Source: an uncultured Clostridia bacterium (lineage in GTDB: Bacteria > Bacillota > Clostridia > Oscillospirales > CAG-272). From it: 64,000 nucleotides of DNA. Shown here piece by piece: positions 18,610-28,348 of this stretch. Under the pieces are notes generated by a model. That model was not told the origin of the DNA, ran no database searches, and saw nothing but the letters and a program-made list of their open reading frames with translations. Location of the stretch: assembly GCA_948466345.1 (NCBI GenBank), contig CAOKAC010000004.1:135178-199177 (forward strand). Direction: 5' to 3'. Within the stretch, counting starts at the first letter, position 1. The number at the start of each line of letters is the position of its first letter. Position numbers and translations under genes: made by a program.

Positions 18610-19917
18610 ATGGAATCTGTTTGGAGTGCTAGTGCAAAAGAAATGCAGCGTAAAACGTGTCCTGCTTTGCAAGGCAATATTAAGACGGATGTACTGGTGA
18701 TTGGCGGTGGAATGGCGGGGATACTTACTGCGTATCGGATGCAGCAGGCAGGCGCGCGTTGTATTGTAGCCGAGGCGAAGGTGGTAGGGAGCGGGATTAC
18801 CCAAAATACCACTGCAAAAGTGACCGCACAGCATGGATTGATTTATGGAGATATTATAAAAAAACGCGGGCTGGATGCCGCCCAAATGTATCTTACGTCC
18901 AATCAACAGGCTGTTGCAGATTTTTGTACACTGGCAGAGCAGTATCCCTGTAATTTTGAAGCTCAAAACGCATATGTGTATACTACAGATAACCGAGATA
19001 AATTAGAACAAGAGGCGCAGGCATATCAGAATCTGGGGCTTGCAGCAGATATTGTAGAGTGTCCATCTTTGCCGATTCCTGTGGAGGGCGCCCTCTGTAT
19101 GCACAATCAAGGACAGTTTCATCCTTTACGGCTTCTTTTGGCATTAGCGGAGCAGTTAAATATATATGAACATACCTTTGTACAGCATGTTGAAGATGGA
19201 ATTGCTTATACAGAGGCAGGCAGAATTCACGCGGATCATATTGTGCTCGCCACTCATTACCCCATGATTAATATACCTGGATTGTATTTTATGAAGCTGT
19301 ACCAGCATCGTAGTTATGTAATTGCTCTGGACGGTACGCCACGTCTGGAAGGTATGTATGTGGATGCATACCCTGAGGGGTTTTCTTTTCGCCGTTATCA
19401 AAATTTGCTTTTGGTTGGCGGCGGCAGTCATAAAACAGGGAAGCAGGGCGGGGGATTTGCGTCGTTGCGTTCGCTTGCAAAGCAGGCGTGGCCCAATGCA
19501 TCAGAACGGTATATTTGGGCTACGCAGGACTGTATGAGTCTGGATAATATCCCATATATTGGGCGGCACCGTGCAGGAACAGGTCAGTTGTATGTGGCAA
19601 CCGGTATGAGCAAATGGGGAATGACGGGATCTATGGTGGCCAGCCGACTGCTTTGCGATTTGATTCTTTCCGGAAAAAGTACTTTGGAAGCGCTGTATTC
19701 TCCCCGTCGTCCTATGGCGGGAGGGCAGCTTGCATCTAATATTGGGTCTGCGGCGGCAGGTCTGCTCAGCATTGGCGGTCCCAGATGTACCCATATGGGG
19801 TGTAAGCTTCATAAAAATGGTGAGGAAGGCACTTGGGATTGTCCATGTCATGGCTCCCGCTTTGATGAAGAGGGACATGTGATAGACGGTCCGGCAAAAA
19901 AACAGGCACATGTATAA
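18610..19917 (+). CDS. FAD-dependent oxidoreductase fused to a C-terminal Rieske [2Fe-2S] domain
   Basis: 435 aa. DVLVIGGGMAGILTAY is a GxGxxG dinucleotide fold. The C-terminal CTHMGC...CPCHGSRF is a Rieske motif. Confidence 0.82.
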   Translation: MESVWSASAKEMQRKTCPALQGNIKTDVLVIGGGMAGILTAYRMQQAGARCIVAEAKVVGSGITQNTTAKVTAQHGLIYGDIIKKRGLDAAQMYLTSNQQAVADFCTLAEQYPCNFEAQNAYVYTTDNRDKLEQEAQAYQNLGLAADIVECPSLPIPVEGALCMHNQGQFHPLRLLLALAEQLNIYEHTFVQHVEDGIAYTEAGRIHADHIVLATHYPMINIPGLYFMKLYQHRSYVIALDGTPRLEGMYVDAYPEGFSFRRYQNLLLVGGGSHKTGKQGGGFASLRSLAKQAWPNASERYIWATQDCMSLDNIPYIGRHRAGTGQLYVATGMSKWGMTGSMVASRLLCDLILSGKSTLEALYSPRRPMAGGQLASNIGSAAAGLLSIGGPRCTHMGCKLHKNGEEGTWDCPCHGSRFDEEGHVIDGPAKKQAHV

Positions 19918-19950
19918 AGAAAGGCTCGCATTTTGCGGGCCTTTCTTTAT
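19914..19950. terminator. Strong hairpin terminator
   Basis: 12-bp stem ATAAAGAAAGGC / GCCTTTCTTTAT enclosing an inner CGCA-ttt-TGCG. The stop codon sits inside the stem. Confidence 0.7.
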
Positions 19951-20013
19951 ACATACTAATTTGACCTTTACTTAAAAATCTGTTACAATAAAGAAAAACA
20001 GGAAAGGAGTCGG

Positions 20014-20790
20014 ATGATGAAGGAACGGGAAAAATTTTTGCCCTCTAATTTATTTGAGGGAATGACGTCAATTCGTGCGATTTTACAGGCAGGGGAGCTT
20101 GGCATCAGCGACCGGCGGATCACAGAAATTTTGTATGACAAAAACCGTAGGGCATCCCGTGCCAAGGAACTCCATTATCTGGAGAAAATATCCGATTCAA
20201 AAGGCTTTGTGCTTACTCCTTGTGAAGAAGATGCAATTGATTCTATTACGATTGGAACGTCTCATGGAGGCATTGTTGCCCGTTGTACAGACAGGAGTCC
20301 TGTCTTTTTAGAATCGCAAATACTTTCGTCTGCCGGCTTTTATGTAATGTTGGATGGAATCGAGGACCCCTATAATTTCGGATATGCACTGCGCTCTATT
20401 TATGCTGCCGGCGCTGATGGGGTCATTTTGCCACAGCGTAACTGGATGACCGCTGCGGGGGTAGTATGCAGAGCGTCAGCAGGCGCATCGGAGCTGCTCC
20501 CCCTATATACGTCTGGGCCGGAAGAGGCGGTGGCCTTTTTTCGGGACAGGGGATATAAAATTGTTTGTGCGGATAAAAAGAATTCCTGCAGTGCTTATGA
20601 TGCGGACTTACGGCGACCGATTTTTTTGATTGTAGGGGGAGAAAAGCGGGGGATCCGTGCCTCTATATTGTCCCAGGCAGACTGTATCGTTCGGATTGAC
20701 TATGGTCGTGATTTTCCTGCCGCACTGTCTGCTGCATCTGCCGCCTCGATTCTTTCCTATGAGGTGTTTAGACAAAATCGGCAAACATAA
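20014..20790 (+). CDS. TrmH/SpoU-family RNA 2'-O-methyltransferase
   Basis: 258 aa. The C-terminal SPOUT motifs are IFLIVGGEKRGI and SLSAASAASI. The RBS AAGGAG lies upstream. Confidence 0.8.
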   Translation: MMKEREKFLPSNLFEGMTSIRAILQAGELGISDRRITEILYDKNRRASRAKELHYLEKISDSKGFVLTPCEEDAIDSITIGTSHGGIVARCTDRSPVFLESQILSSAGFYVMLDGIEDPYNFGYALRSIYAAGADGVILPQRNWMTAAGVVCRASAGASELLPLYTSGPEEAVAFFRDRGYKIVCADKKNSCSAYDADLRRPIFLIVGGEKRGIRASILSQADCIVRIDYGRDFPAALSAASAASILSYEVFRQNRQT

Positions 20791-20792
20791 AA

Positions 20793-20822
20793 AATCCCCG
20801 GATAGTCCGGGGATTTTCTTAT
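20793..20822. terminator. Bidirectional terminator between convergent genes
   Basis: AATCCCCGGA-tag-TCCGGGGATT, flanked by an A-run and a T-run. Confidence 0.85.
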
Positions 20823-20834
20823 TTGTAACCGAAA

Positions 20835-22208
20835 TTATTTAACCAACCGAATGAAGTCTACGCCACAGGCGGCAACGGTGCCTTCTGCTACAGGATCCAC
20901 GCGGATTCCCGTAATGGTGCCTGTCCATTTGGCGTTTGTCGACATATTTACGTTATGGGTGTACCATCCGCCGCCAGCGGTACAGGTAAAGGAAACAGAT
21001 TTGTCTTCACTGTAGAAGTTTTCTGCTGCTGTTTTAAAGTAGATTTTTCCCTGAGAATTTGTATTTTGATTGGCAATCCGTACGGAAACAGTGGAAAAAG
21101 CTGCCGCTGGTGCTTCCAGTGCGGGGGATGTCAGGGAAGGGTCTTTTTGATTGGTCACAAATATCCAAAATCCGTCCACTGGGCCTGTATCGTTGGCAAT
21201 ATTTGCGCTAGTCCATCCTTGACGGTTGCCGTTTATACTAAATTCCCAGCCTGTGGTGTAGATGGACCGGGCAATATCCCAGGTGGCGGTGGAAGCAGAA
21301 CCTGCGCCGTAATAAATATATTTATAGCCGGTACCGCTTTCAATATAAATATCTCCGCCAGGATACCGCATCCATCCCGGATTGTGATTCTTAACTTTTC
21401 CTGTTGTGGCTTTGGATATCGTGCCTGTCCATTCCCATGTGCCGGCTAGATTACTGTCTACAGATTCATAAATATAAATTTCTTCATCTGTCCCACTTTT
21501 TGTAGTTATATACCATTTGTTTTCTGTGGGAGAAAAGGCAATATCTCCGCTGTGTTCGTTTGTAAAATGACTTGGCAGCAGTTTTTTATTGGTAAAATTG
21601 ATTCCATCGGTAGAGGTCACCATATAATTTTTGTTTGTAGTAGAGTCGAAATACATCATTGTGATCAGCCCAGACGCGGATCTGTAAACAGACTGCATGC
21701 CTGCGCCATACTGCCGGGAAGCGTCTGCTCCGGGGCCTACCACGGGTTGGCCGTATTTTGTCCAGTGGATTCCGTCATTGGAGAAGGCCACGCCGATGTG
21801 GCTATCATATCCTATGGCGTCATAGGTGCCTGTATAATACATGGCGTAGGTGTAGGCCTGTCCATTTACTTGAAAGGCGCCTTTGATTACAGACGGGTCG
21901 CAGGTGTGATAGCTATCCCAGCCTGCCGCAGATTTTTCCAGAACTTTTACCGGTGTGCTCCAACCGGAAGATGTGGATGTTGCGTAGTAAATCGCATCTC
22001 CACTTCCTGTGCCGCCGCCCCACCATATTTTGGTCTGCGGGCCGTCTCCGTAGATGACAGCAGGGGCGTAATCAAAATCGTAGCGGGTGAAAGCAGTGCC
22101 CTGTGATATGGTGGCTGCACCGGAATGCCAGCTTCCTATAAAAGCGCCAAGCAGCAGTACCGCTGCTGTTCCTATGGGAACCAGCTTTTGCAGAAATTTT
22201 TTTGCCAT
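20835..22208 (-). CDS. Secreted beta-propeller (glycoside-hydrolase-like) protein with a C-terminal carbohydrate-binding-like domain
   Basis: I prefer ATG 22208 (MAKKFLQKLVPIGTAAVLLLGAF, a signal peptide). Repeated W/Y/G-rich blades (DPSVIKG, YAMYYTG, GVAFSNDGIHW) suggest a 5-bladed propeller. The GH family is not assignable by eye. Confidence 0.55.
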   Translation of the reverse strand: MAKKFLQKLVPIGTAAVLLLGAFIGSWHSGAATISQGTAFTRYDFDYAPAVIYGDGPQTKIWWGGGTGSGDAIYYATSTSSGWSTPVKVLEKSAAGWDSYHTCDPSVIKGAFQVNGQAYTYAMYYTGTYDAIGYDSHIGVAFSNDGIHWTKYGQPVVGPGADASRQYGAGMQSVYRSASGLITMMYFDSTTNKNYMVTSTDGINFTNKKLLPSHFTNEHSGDIAFSPTENKWYITTKSGTDEEIYIYESVDSNLAGTWEWTGTISKATTGKVKNHNPGWMRYPGGDIYIESGTGYKYIYYGAGSASTATWDIARSIYTTGWEFSINGNRQGWTSANIANDTGPVDGFWIFVTNQKDPSLTSPALEAPAAAFSTVSVRIANQNTNSQGKIYFKTAAENFYSEDKSVSFTCTAGGGWYTHNVNMSTNAKWTGTITGIRVDPVAEGTVAACGVDFIRLVK

Positions 22209-22419
22209 GTTTATAACCTTACCTTTCCATAAATTTGTGGCAGTTGTGTTGAATCCAAAATGCCGTCTTGCCACAATAGACTGCAAATTGGAGCTGAAAA
22301 AACATTTTTCAGCATTCCGTTTTTTTTGATATGTTTGTGCGGCGCCTGCACAATATGATAATAATACATGGAAATGGAAAAAAATGGCAAAAAATCTGAA
22401 AATAAAAAATAAAGTTTTA

Positions 22420-22456
22420 AAATAAAAGAAAAAGTCTCCACGATGGAAGACTTTTA
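22420..22456 (-). terminator. Terminator downstream of the TIGR00266-family gene
   Basis: On the minus strand: AAGTCTTCCATCGTGGAGACTT followed by TTTTTCTTTTATT. Confidence 0.65.
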
Positions 22457-22516
22457 TGTATCAAAAATTCGTGAGACAATATGTATGCTGTAGCGAGAGA
22501 GGCATGCATCGCGTAG

Positions 22517-23197
22517 TTATTTGCTGTCTCCAGGCAGGTGAGGGATAAGGGCCGCGGCCATGCCACTGATTGGCATAGTCTGTACGATGATTTTACCGGG
22601 ACCTGTAACGATTGTGTTAAAAAATCCTTCTCCCCCAAACAGTTTATTTTTTACGCCTTTAACGGTTTGAATATCCAGCGAACAGCTCGCGTCCATCATA
22701 GCAAGGTTGCCGCTGTCCACGATCATACTTTGCCCGGCCTGCAGCTCGTATTCCACTGCTGAGCCATCGATTTCCAGAAAGGCCATTCCATTTCCAGTCA
22801 GCTTCTGCATAATAAACCCTTCGCCGCCAAACAAACCGGCTCCTACTTTTTTCTGAAAAAATACCGACAGTTCCACTCCCTGCTCTGAAGCCAGAAAGCT
22901 GCTTTTCTGGGTGATCACCGGGTGCTCCGGCGTAATTTGCACTGCGCGGATTGAGCCAGGAAAGCTGGAGGCAAAAGCAATCATTCCATCACCGTTTTCC
23001 GCTGTATAAGTATTCTGAAATATGGACTCTCCCGAGAACATTCGTCCAAAGGTTTTTCCAATACCACCTGCGTTGGTACGCATGGACATATTGGGACTCA
23101 TCCAGCTCATGGAGCCTTTCTCCGTGATCATTGTTTCGCCATTTTCCAGTTCACATATTACGGCGGGCATAGGTTCTCCAACAATTTTGTATTGCAT
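22517..23197 (-). CDS. TIGR00266 / AIM24 (DUF124) family protein
   Basis: 226 aa. MQYKIVGEPMPAVICELENGETMITEKGSMSWM and the repeated LFGGEGF motifs are characteristic of this family. Confidence 0.8.
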   Translation of the reverse strand: MQYKIVGEPMPAVICELENGETMITEKGSMSWMSPNMSMRTNAGGIGKTFGRMFSGESIFQNTYTAENGDGMIAFASSFPGSIRAVQITPEHPVITQKSSFLASEQGVELSVFFQKKVGAGLFGGEGFIMQKLTGNGMAFLEIDGSAVEYELQAGQSMIVDSGNLAMMDASCSLDIQTVKGVKNKLFGGEGFFNTIVTGPGKIIVQTMPISGMAAALIPHLPGDSK

Positions 23198-23298
23198 ATA
23201 AATTCTCCTTAAATTAAAGTGTGCACGTCAATCCTGCTCAAATAAATTGACGACTGATTTTAATAATAACTCCCTGTTTTTTCATTATAACACTTTTT

Positions 23299-23326
23299 TT
23301 GACATTTTACAATAAAACATTATACT
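23299..23326 (+). promoter_or_regulatory. Candidate promoter of the two-component/ABC cassette
   Basis: TTGACA (23299-23304), a 16-nt spacer, then TATACT (23321-23326). A second TGaTATAAT lies at 23348-23356. Confidence 0.5.
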
Positions 23327-23397
23327 CTAGCATAGAGTTATAAAAAGTGATATAATTTTTATGGCAGAGCACATGTTTTTTGAGAAAGGATATACGG

Positions 23398-24078
23398 ATG
23401 CAAAAGAAACTTTTCATTATTGAAGACGATGCTTTATTGAACGATGGATTAAACGCGTTATTGAAAAAGCATGGTTATTTAACAGTGCAAGCGTATAGTG
23501 TGCAGGGAGCGTCTGAAATGCTAAATGAGACAATAGATTTGGCAATTGTCGATATAGGGCTACCGGATGGAACGGGGCTGGATTTTTCAAGGAAGATAAA
23601 ATCTCTCAATGTCCCTTTTTTGTTTTTTACAGCCAGGGATGATGAGGAACAGATGGTAAAAGCGTTTGACATTGGTGCAGACGACTATCTGGTAAAACCA
23701 TTTTCCTTGACGGTACTGTTAAAACATATAGAAGCGGTTCTGCGCCGTACAGAAAAAAGTAAAAACGCCGTTTTTTCATATAAGGGACTCACTATCGATT
23801 TTTCTAAGAAACAAGTGAAATGTGATAATAAAATGGTCCACTTGACTGCGAAAGAGTATAAAATATTAGAATTACTGGTCAAAAATCAAAATAAGATAAT
23901 CACCAAAACTATAATATTGGAAAAAGTTTGGGATCAATATGGCCTATTTGTAGAAGAAAATACGTTTCATGTCACTTTAAACAGACTGCGAAAGAAAATA
24001 GAACCCGATTCGCGCAAACCGATATACATAAAAAATGTTTTTGGATTGGGGTATATATTTGGAGATGAAACATGTTAA
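23398..24078 (+). CDS. OmpR-family response regulator
   Basis: I prefer ATG 23398 (MQKKLFIIEDD), with AAGGA 7 nt upstream. It has a receiver domain (DLAIVDIGLPDG, KPF) and a winged-helix C-terminus (LTAKEYKILELL...GLGYIF). Confidence 0.9.
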   Translation: MQKKLFIIEDDALLNDGLNALLKKHGYLTVQAYSVQGASEMLNETIDLAIVDIGLPDGTGLDFSRKIKSLNVPFLFFTARDDEEQMVKAFDIGADDYLVKPFSLTVLLKHIEAVLRRTEKSKNAVFSYKGLTIDFSKKQVKCDNKMVHLTAKEYKILELLVKNQNKIITKTIILEKVWDQYGLFVEENTFHVTLNRLRKKIEPDSRKPIYIKNVFGLGYIFGDETC

Positions 24079-24917
24079 GGAGAAATAAAGAATTAGAAGG
24101 GATATCCGCTGCCTTGGAGCGGGTATTTGGCGGTGAGAAAATAGAGCCTGCTATAGCGTTGAAGGATTCTTTGTCAGGCAAAATTTATCATCAAATAGAG
24201 AGAATATCCGATACATTTACTTACAGAGAAGAAGCATTGACGAGAGAAAGAGACGAAATAAAAGAGCTTGTTTCCGATATTGCTCATGAACTTAGAACGC
24301 CTTTGACAAATATTGAAACGTATGTGCAGCTATTAAAGGACACGGATTTGACAAGAGAGCAGCAAAAATATCTACAAGCCATTATGGAAGCGGAACAAAA
24401 CATTCAATTTCTCACAGAAAGCTTTATAAAAATGGCACGGTTTGAGATACAGCTTATTCAAATAAAAAAGGATTCTTGCGACATAGAAAGCACCATATTG
24501 AAAAGCATCCTTCAGGTAAAAAAGAAAGCCGAAGCGAAAAATATCACTATTGCATTGAAAATACAAAAAAACGATATTTTGCATGATAAAAACTGGCTGG
24601 GTGAGGTTATAGTTAATCTATTAGACAATAGCATAAAATATTCCGACTCTGACGCTGCTATTCAAATCAAGGCAATTGAAAACAATATGTTTTCTGAAAT
24701 TATCGTTGAAGACTGGGGGAGAGGAATCCTACCTGGAGAAGAAAACTTGATTTTTAAAAGATTTTACAGAGGAAAAAATACAAAGGATACACGTGGATAT
24801 GGTATCGGCTTGTATTTATCCAATAAAATCATACATCTGCATGATGGTTTTATGAAAGTTAAAAGAAAAAGCCGGGGAATGGAAATGTCCATTTTTTTAC
24901 CAAATAATAAAACCTGA
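24072..24917 (+). CDS. Histidine kinase (HisKA + HATPase_c) with no hydrophobic sensor segment
   Basis: 281 aa with the H-box SDIAHELRTPLTN, the N-box LLDNSIKYS and the G-boxes EDWGRGI and GYGIGL. The 70 aa before the H-box are polar and coiled-coil-like. It overlaps the response-regulator gene by 7 nt, so no room is left for a missing exon or frame. Confidence 0.85.
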   Translation: MLRRNKELEGISAALERVFGGEKIEPAIALKDSLSGKIYHQIERISDTFTYREEALTRERDEIKELVSDIAHELRTPLTNIETYVQLLKDTDLTREQQKYLQAIMEAEQNIQFLTESFIKMARFEIQLIQIKKDSCDIESTILKSILQVKKKAEAKNITIALKIQKNDILHDKNWLGEVIVNLLDNSIKYSDSDAAIQIKAIENNMFSEIIVEDWGRGILPGEENLIFKRFYRGKNTKDTRGYGIGLYLSNKIIHLHDGFMKVKRKSRGMEMSIFLPNNKT

Positions 24918-24975
24918 ATTTTTGTAAGTAAATTGTAATTTTCTTTTGCTAACATGTGATCATGGAGGTGAAAAT

Positions 24976-25659
24976 ATGAAAGTTATCGAGGCAAACCACT
25001 TAAAAAAAGAGTATAGTACCACATGTAATACGGTAAAGGCTTTGGACGATGTTTCCATCACAATTCAAGAAGGAGAATTTGTAGCAATTGTAGGTTCTTC
25101 CGGCAGCGGCAAAACAACGTTATTAAATATATTAGGCGGGTTAGATATACCGACATCGGGAGAAGTACGGGTCAGGGGAAAAGAGATTAATAAAATGAAC
25201 GAAGAGGAACTGACGATATTCCGCAGGAGAAATATTGGATTTGTCTTTCAGAATTACAATTTGGTTCCCATTCTGAATGTTTTAGAAAATGTGGTCTTAC
25301 CCTTAAATTTAGACGGGCGTCCTGTAGATAAAAAATTTATAGATAAAATAATTGAATCTTTGGGTCTGCAGTCTAGGCTGGATCACATGCCTAATATGCT
25401 ATCAGGCGGACAACAGCAGCGGGTTGCCATAGCGCGGGCACTCTCCACTAAGCCGGCAGTTATTTTGGCCGATGAGCCAACAGGAAATTTAGATTCCAAA
25501 ACGGGAATTGAGGTGATTGGTTTATTAAAAGCGAGCGCATCTTTGTTTCATCAAACCATTGTAATTATTACACATAACGAAGAGATTGCCCAAATGGCAG
25601 ATCGAATTATATGTATTGAAGACGGTCGAATCACAGGTGATCAGCATGAAAAACAATAA
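24976..25659 (+). CDS. ABC transporter ATP-binding protein (MacB/FtsE-like subfamily)
   Basis: ATG 24976 has GGAGGTG upstream. Walker A is GSSGSGKTT, the signature is [15 protein letters not shown] and Walker B is [11 protein letters not shown]. Confidence 0.92.
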   Translation: MKVIEANHLKKEYSTTCNTVKALDDVSITIQEGEFVAIVGSSGSGKTTLLNILGGLDIPTSGEVRVRGKEINKMNEEELTIFRRRNIGFVFQNYNLVPILNVLENVVLPLNLDGRPVDKKFIDKIIESLGLQSRLDHMPNMLSGGQQQRVAIARALSTKPAVILADEPTGNLDSKTGIEVIGLLKASASLFHQTIVIITHNEEIAQMADRIICIEDGRITGDQHEKQ

Positions 25660-28195
25660 CAAAGCAATTATAAAAAAGCTTGCTGATGAAAGCTTTAAAT
25701 TTAATAAAACACGCAATTATATTTTAACTGGTACGATTGTTTTCACGATAACGACGATTATTTGCATTTTTAGTTTAACAATAGGAAGGCTTGAAGCAAA
25801 CAGGATTTTATATGTGAGAAATGCCGGAACAGCTGCTTATACAACATTAGAACGAGCTACGCAGGAGCAGTATCAAACGATAAAGCAATTATCCTATATT
25901 AAGCAGGTTGGGAAGTTTATAAAATTTGGAAGTACAGAGCATTTTGATTGCATTGTCTTAGACCATACTGCCTGGGAGGATATGCAAAAGCCCGCTTATA
26001 CGGATATACATGGTGATTATCCTATCAAGAAGGATGAGATCATGCTGTCTGTTCGCTCGTTGGAGGATTTGGGAATCTCTCATCCTGCAATTGGGATGAC
26101 AGTCAGCGTCCAATTGCAGACTTTGCATGAAAGTGTAATTACAAAAGAATTTACCCTATCGGGCTTTTTCACAGAATATATCGACGATATGGTGGGTTTG
26201 CCAAGCGGCTACTTTTCATGGACGGCTTTAAGTGATTTTGAAGATGTGGAAATGACGCTTTTTATTAAACAAAATGATACGATTTCCAGAGAACGCATTG
26301 AAGAAATGCTGTATCGTGACGTTGCAATGATTGATGATACACAGCGGTTTATTGGTGGAAATACAATAACACAAGAGCAAATTTACAAATTGGTAGGCGG
26401 CTATGATATTGCGGTTGTATTCGTCGTGTTGATTCTTGTCGTTGCCTTCTTATTAATTTATAATATTTTGCGGATTTCCAGCAGTAAGGATATTCGGCAA
26501 TATGGGTTATTAAAAATTCTTGGTACAACGAAAAAGCAGATAAAACAAATTTTAGTGAGACAGGCTATAAAAATTACTGTGATAGGGTGCAGTATCGGCG
26601 CCTTTTTGGGTAGTATTATATCTATTTTAATCATTCCTAGTATTATTGCAAAAATGTATTTAATCGGATACGGCGGTCTTGAAAACTGTAATATCTTTTC
26701 TCCGTTTATTGTTGTTTTTGCAGCCGTGTTTTGCTTAATCATTGTCTATATAGGCGTAATAAGTGTCGCAGGAAAAATTGCTGGACGCGCTCCTATTAAA
26801 GCTATAAATGCTTTTGAAGAAAACAAGCAATATAAATATAGCAACCGTAGGCTTTCTTTAAGGAAAAACCGTTATTCTTTCCGTTTACTGAATATGGCAT
26901 GGCGGAACATAACGAAAAGAAGGACACAATTTTTTATTATAGTTACATCTGTGGCTTTGGGAATAATTGTTTCGATCACGTCAGTCGTAATTTTACGAGG
27001 GACAGATATGACAAATGAAATCGAATATAAATATCCGGATTTTCAAATCATGACGAATATGACGGCAAATACTGTAAATGCATATCAAGAAGGGTCCACA
27101 TTTTTTGACTTGGAATTAAAAAATCATATTTGTGAAATCTCCGATATAGAACATTTAAGTATTGCGGTTGGCGGTTACGGAATGCTGGGAGAGCAAGAAG
27201 ATACACTGGATTTTTATAGTGATAATAGGGGATCCAATTATTTTGTTGTTCAAATCCTGAACGAACAAAATCAAGAGGATTTAGAGCAGTTTATTAAAGA
27301 AAATGCATTACAGGTGGACATAGACAAAGTAAGAGAGGGCAGTGGGATAATTTTGCTACATTATCATGCGCTGTCAAAAATACAGGAAGACAAAGCTACT
27401 CAAAACATAGGGCGGCCTATAACAATTAGGAATATGGATGGGAGACCTACCACGGAAATGTCATTTTCAGGTGTAATAGATTTTACCTTGTCTGATTTCC
27501 CCGACTTGAAAACAACATGGAATAGCAGCAATATTGTATATTTTTTAGTGAGTGAAAAAGGATTCGAGAAAATGCAGCTAACGGAGCAGATATTTCGTAT
27601 GGATATAGATGTTGGCAGCGAATCAGAGCCGCTTATTAAGCAAAATATGGAACGCCTTATTGCACAATACAATAAAAAATATGTAAGAGAGACGCAGACA
27701 CCATTTGGAATTGCGGTGAACGATCTCCGTACAGTGTCCCTCACCAGTAAGTCGGATATTTTAGAAAGTGAGAAAAGTGACATAGAGGCAAATGCGGTGG
27801 TCATGGGAGCGTTCAGCTGCATCTTGATATCAATGGGCATTGTAAATTATATTAACGCGATTATCACAGGATTAACCATTAGAAAAAAGGAATTTGCAGT
27901 AATGGAAAGTGTGGGGCTAACAAAAAAGCAGCTACGGCAAATGCTGATTATGGAAGGGTGTCTGTACAGCTTCGCGATCTTTTTGCAAACCATATTTCTT
28001 GGGAATATTGTCTGGTATGTGCTTGTTAAAATTATAAAAAATAGAATAAATTATTTTAAATTCCAGTATCCAATAGCTCCTCTTATTATCAGCATTGCGC
28101 TCTTATTTATCATATGTATTGTGGTTCCTCTTATTATTGAAAGAAAAGCGCATAAGGAATTTCTAACAGATAGATTAAAGCTTTATACAGACTAG
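25646..28195 (+). CDS. Tandem FtsX/MacB-type ABC permease (two 4-TM modules, two large extracytoplasmic domains)
   Basis: I prefer ATG 25646 ([12 protein letters not shown]), which overlaps the ATPase gene. The protein is about 849 aa. There are two FtsX-type segments (DIRQYGLLKILGTTKKQI and KKEFAVMESVGLTKKQL), each preceded by a roughly 200-250-aa polar domain. Confidence 0.85.
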   Translation: MKNNNKAIIKKLADESFKFNKTRNYILTGTIVFTITTIICIFSLTIGRLEANRILYVRNAGTAAYTTLERATQEQYQTIKQLSYIKQVGKFIKFGSTEHFDCIVLDHTAWEDMQKPAYTDIHGDYPIKKDEIMLSVRSLEDLGISHPAIGMTVSVQLQTLHESVITKEFTLSGFFTEYIDDMVGLPSGYFSWTALSDFEDVEMTLFIKQNDTISRERIEEMLYRDVAMIDDTQRFIGGNTITQEQIYKLVGGYDIAVVFVVLILVVAFLLIYNILRISSSKDIRQYGLLKILGTTKKQIKQILVRQAIKITVIGCSIGAFLGSIISILIIPSIIAKMYLIGYGGLENCNIFSPFIVVFAAVFCLIIVYIGVISVAGKIAGRAPIKAINAFEENKQYKYSNRRLSLRKNRYSFRLLNMAWRNITKRRTQFFIIVTSVALGIIVSITSVVILRGTDMTNEIEYKYPDFQIMTNMTANTVNAYQEGSTFFDLELKNHICEISDIEHLSIAVGGYGMLGEQEDTLDFYSDNRGSNYFVVQILNEQNQEDLEQFIKENALQVDIDKVREGSGIILLHYHALSKIQEDKATQNIGRPITIRNMDGRPTTEMSFSGVIDFTLSDFPDLKTTWNSSNIVYFLVSEKGFEKMQLTEQIFRMDIDVGSESEPLIKQNMERLIAQYNKKYVRETQTPFGIAVNDLRTVSLTSKSDILESEKSDIEANAVVMGAFSCILISMGIVNYINAIITGLTIRKKEFAVMESVGLTKKQLRQMLIMEGCLYSFAIFLQTIFLGNIVWYVLVKIIKNRINYFKFQYPIAPLIISIALLFIICIVVPLIIERKAHKEFLTDRLKLYTD

Positions 28196-28208
28196 AAACC
28201 GGTCCGGG

Positions 28209-28246
28209 AAAAGGGGAATGTCATATAATGACATTCCCCTTTTTCT
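28209..28246. terminator. Bidirectional terminator
   Basis: AAAGGGGAATGTCAT-ata-ATGACATTCCCCTTT followed by TTT. Confidence 0.85.
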
Positions 28247-28348
28247 ATATACAAATAAAAAGCAAATTGCCCACTTCAAATCATCGGGGTATTCAAATTC
28301 CCAAAAGAAATGTTCAGAACGCATACCGTCGTTTCATTTTGTGCTATA

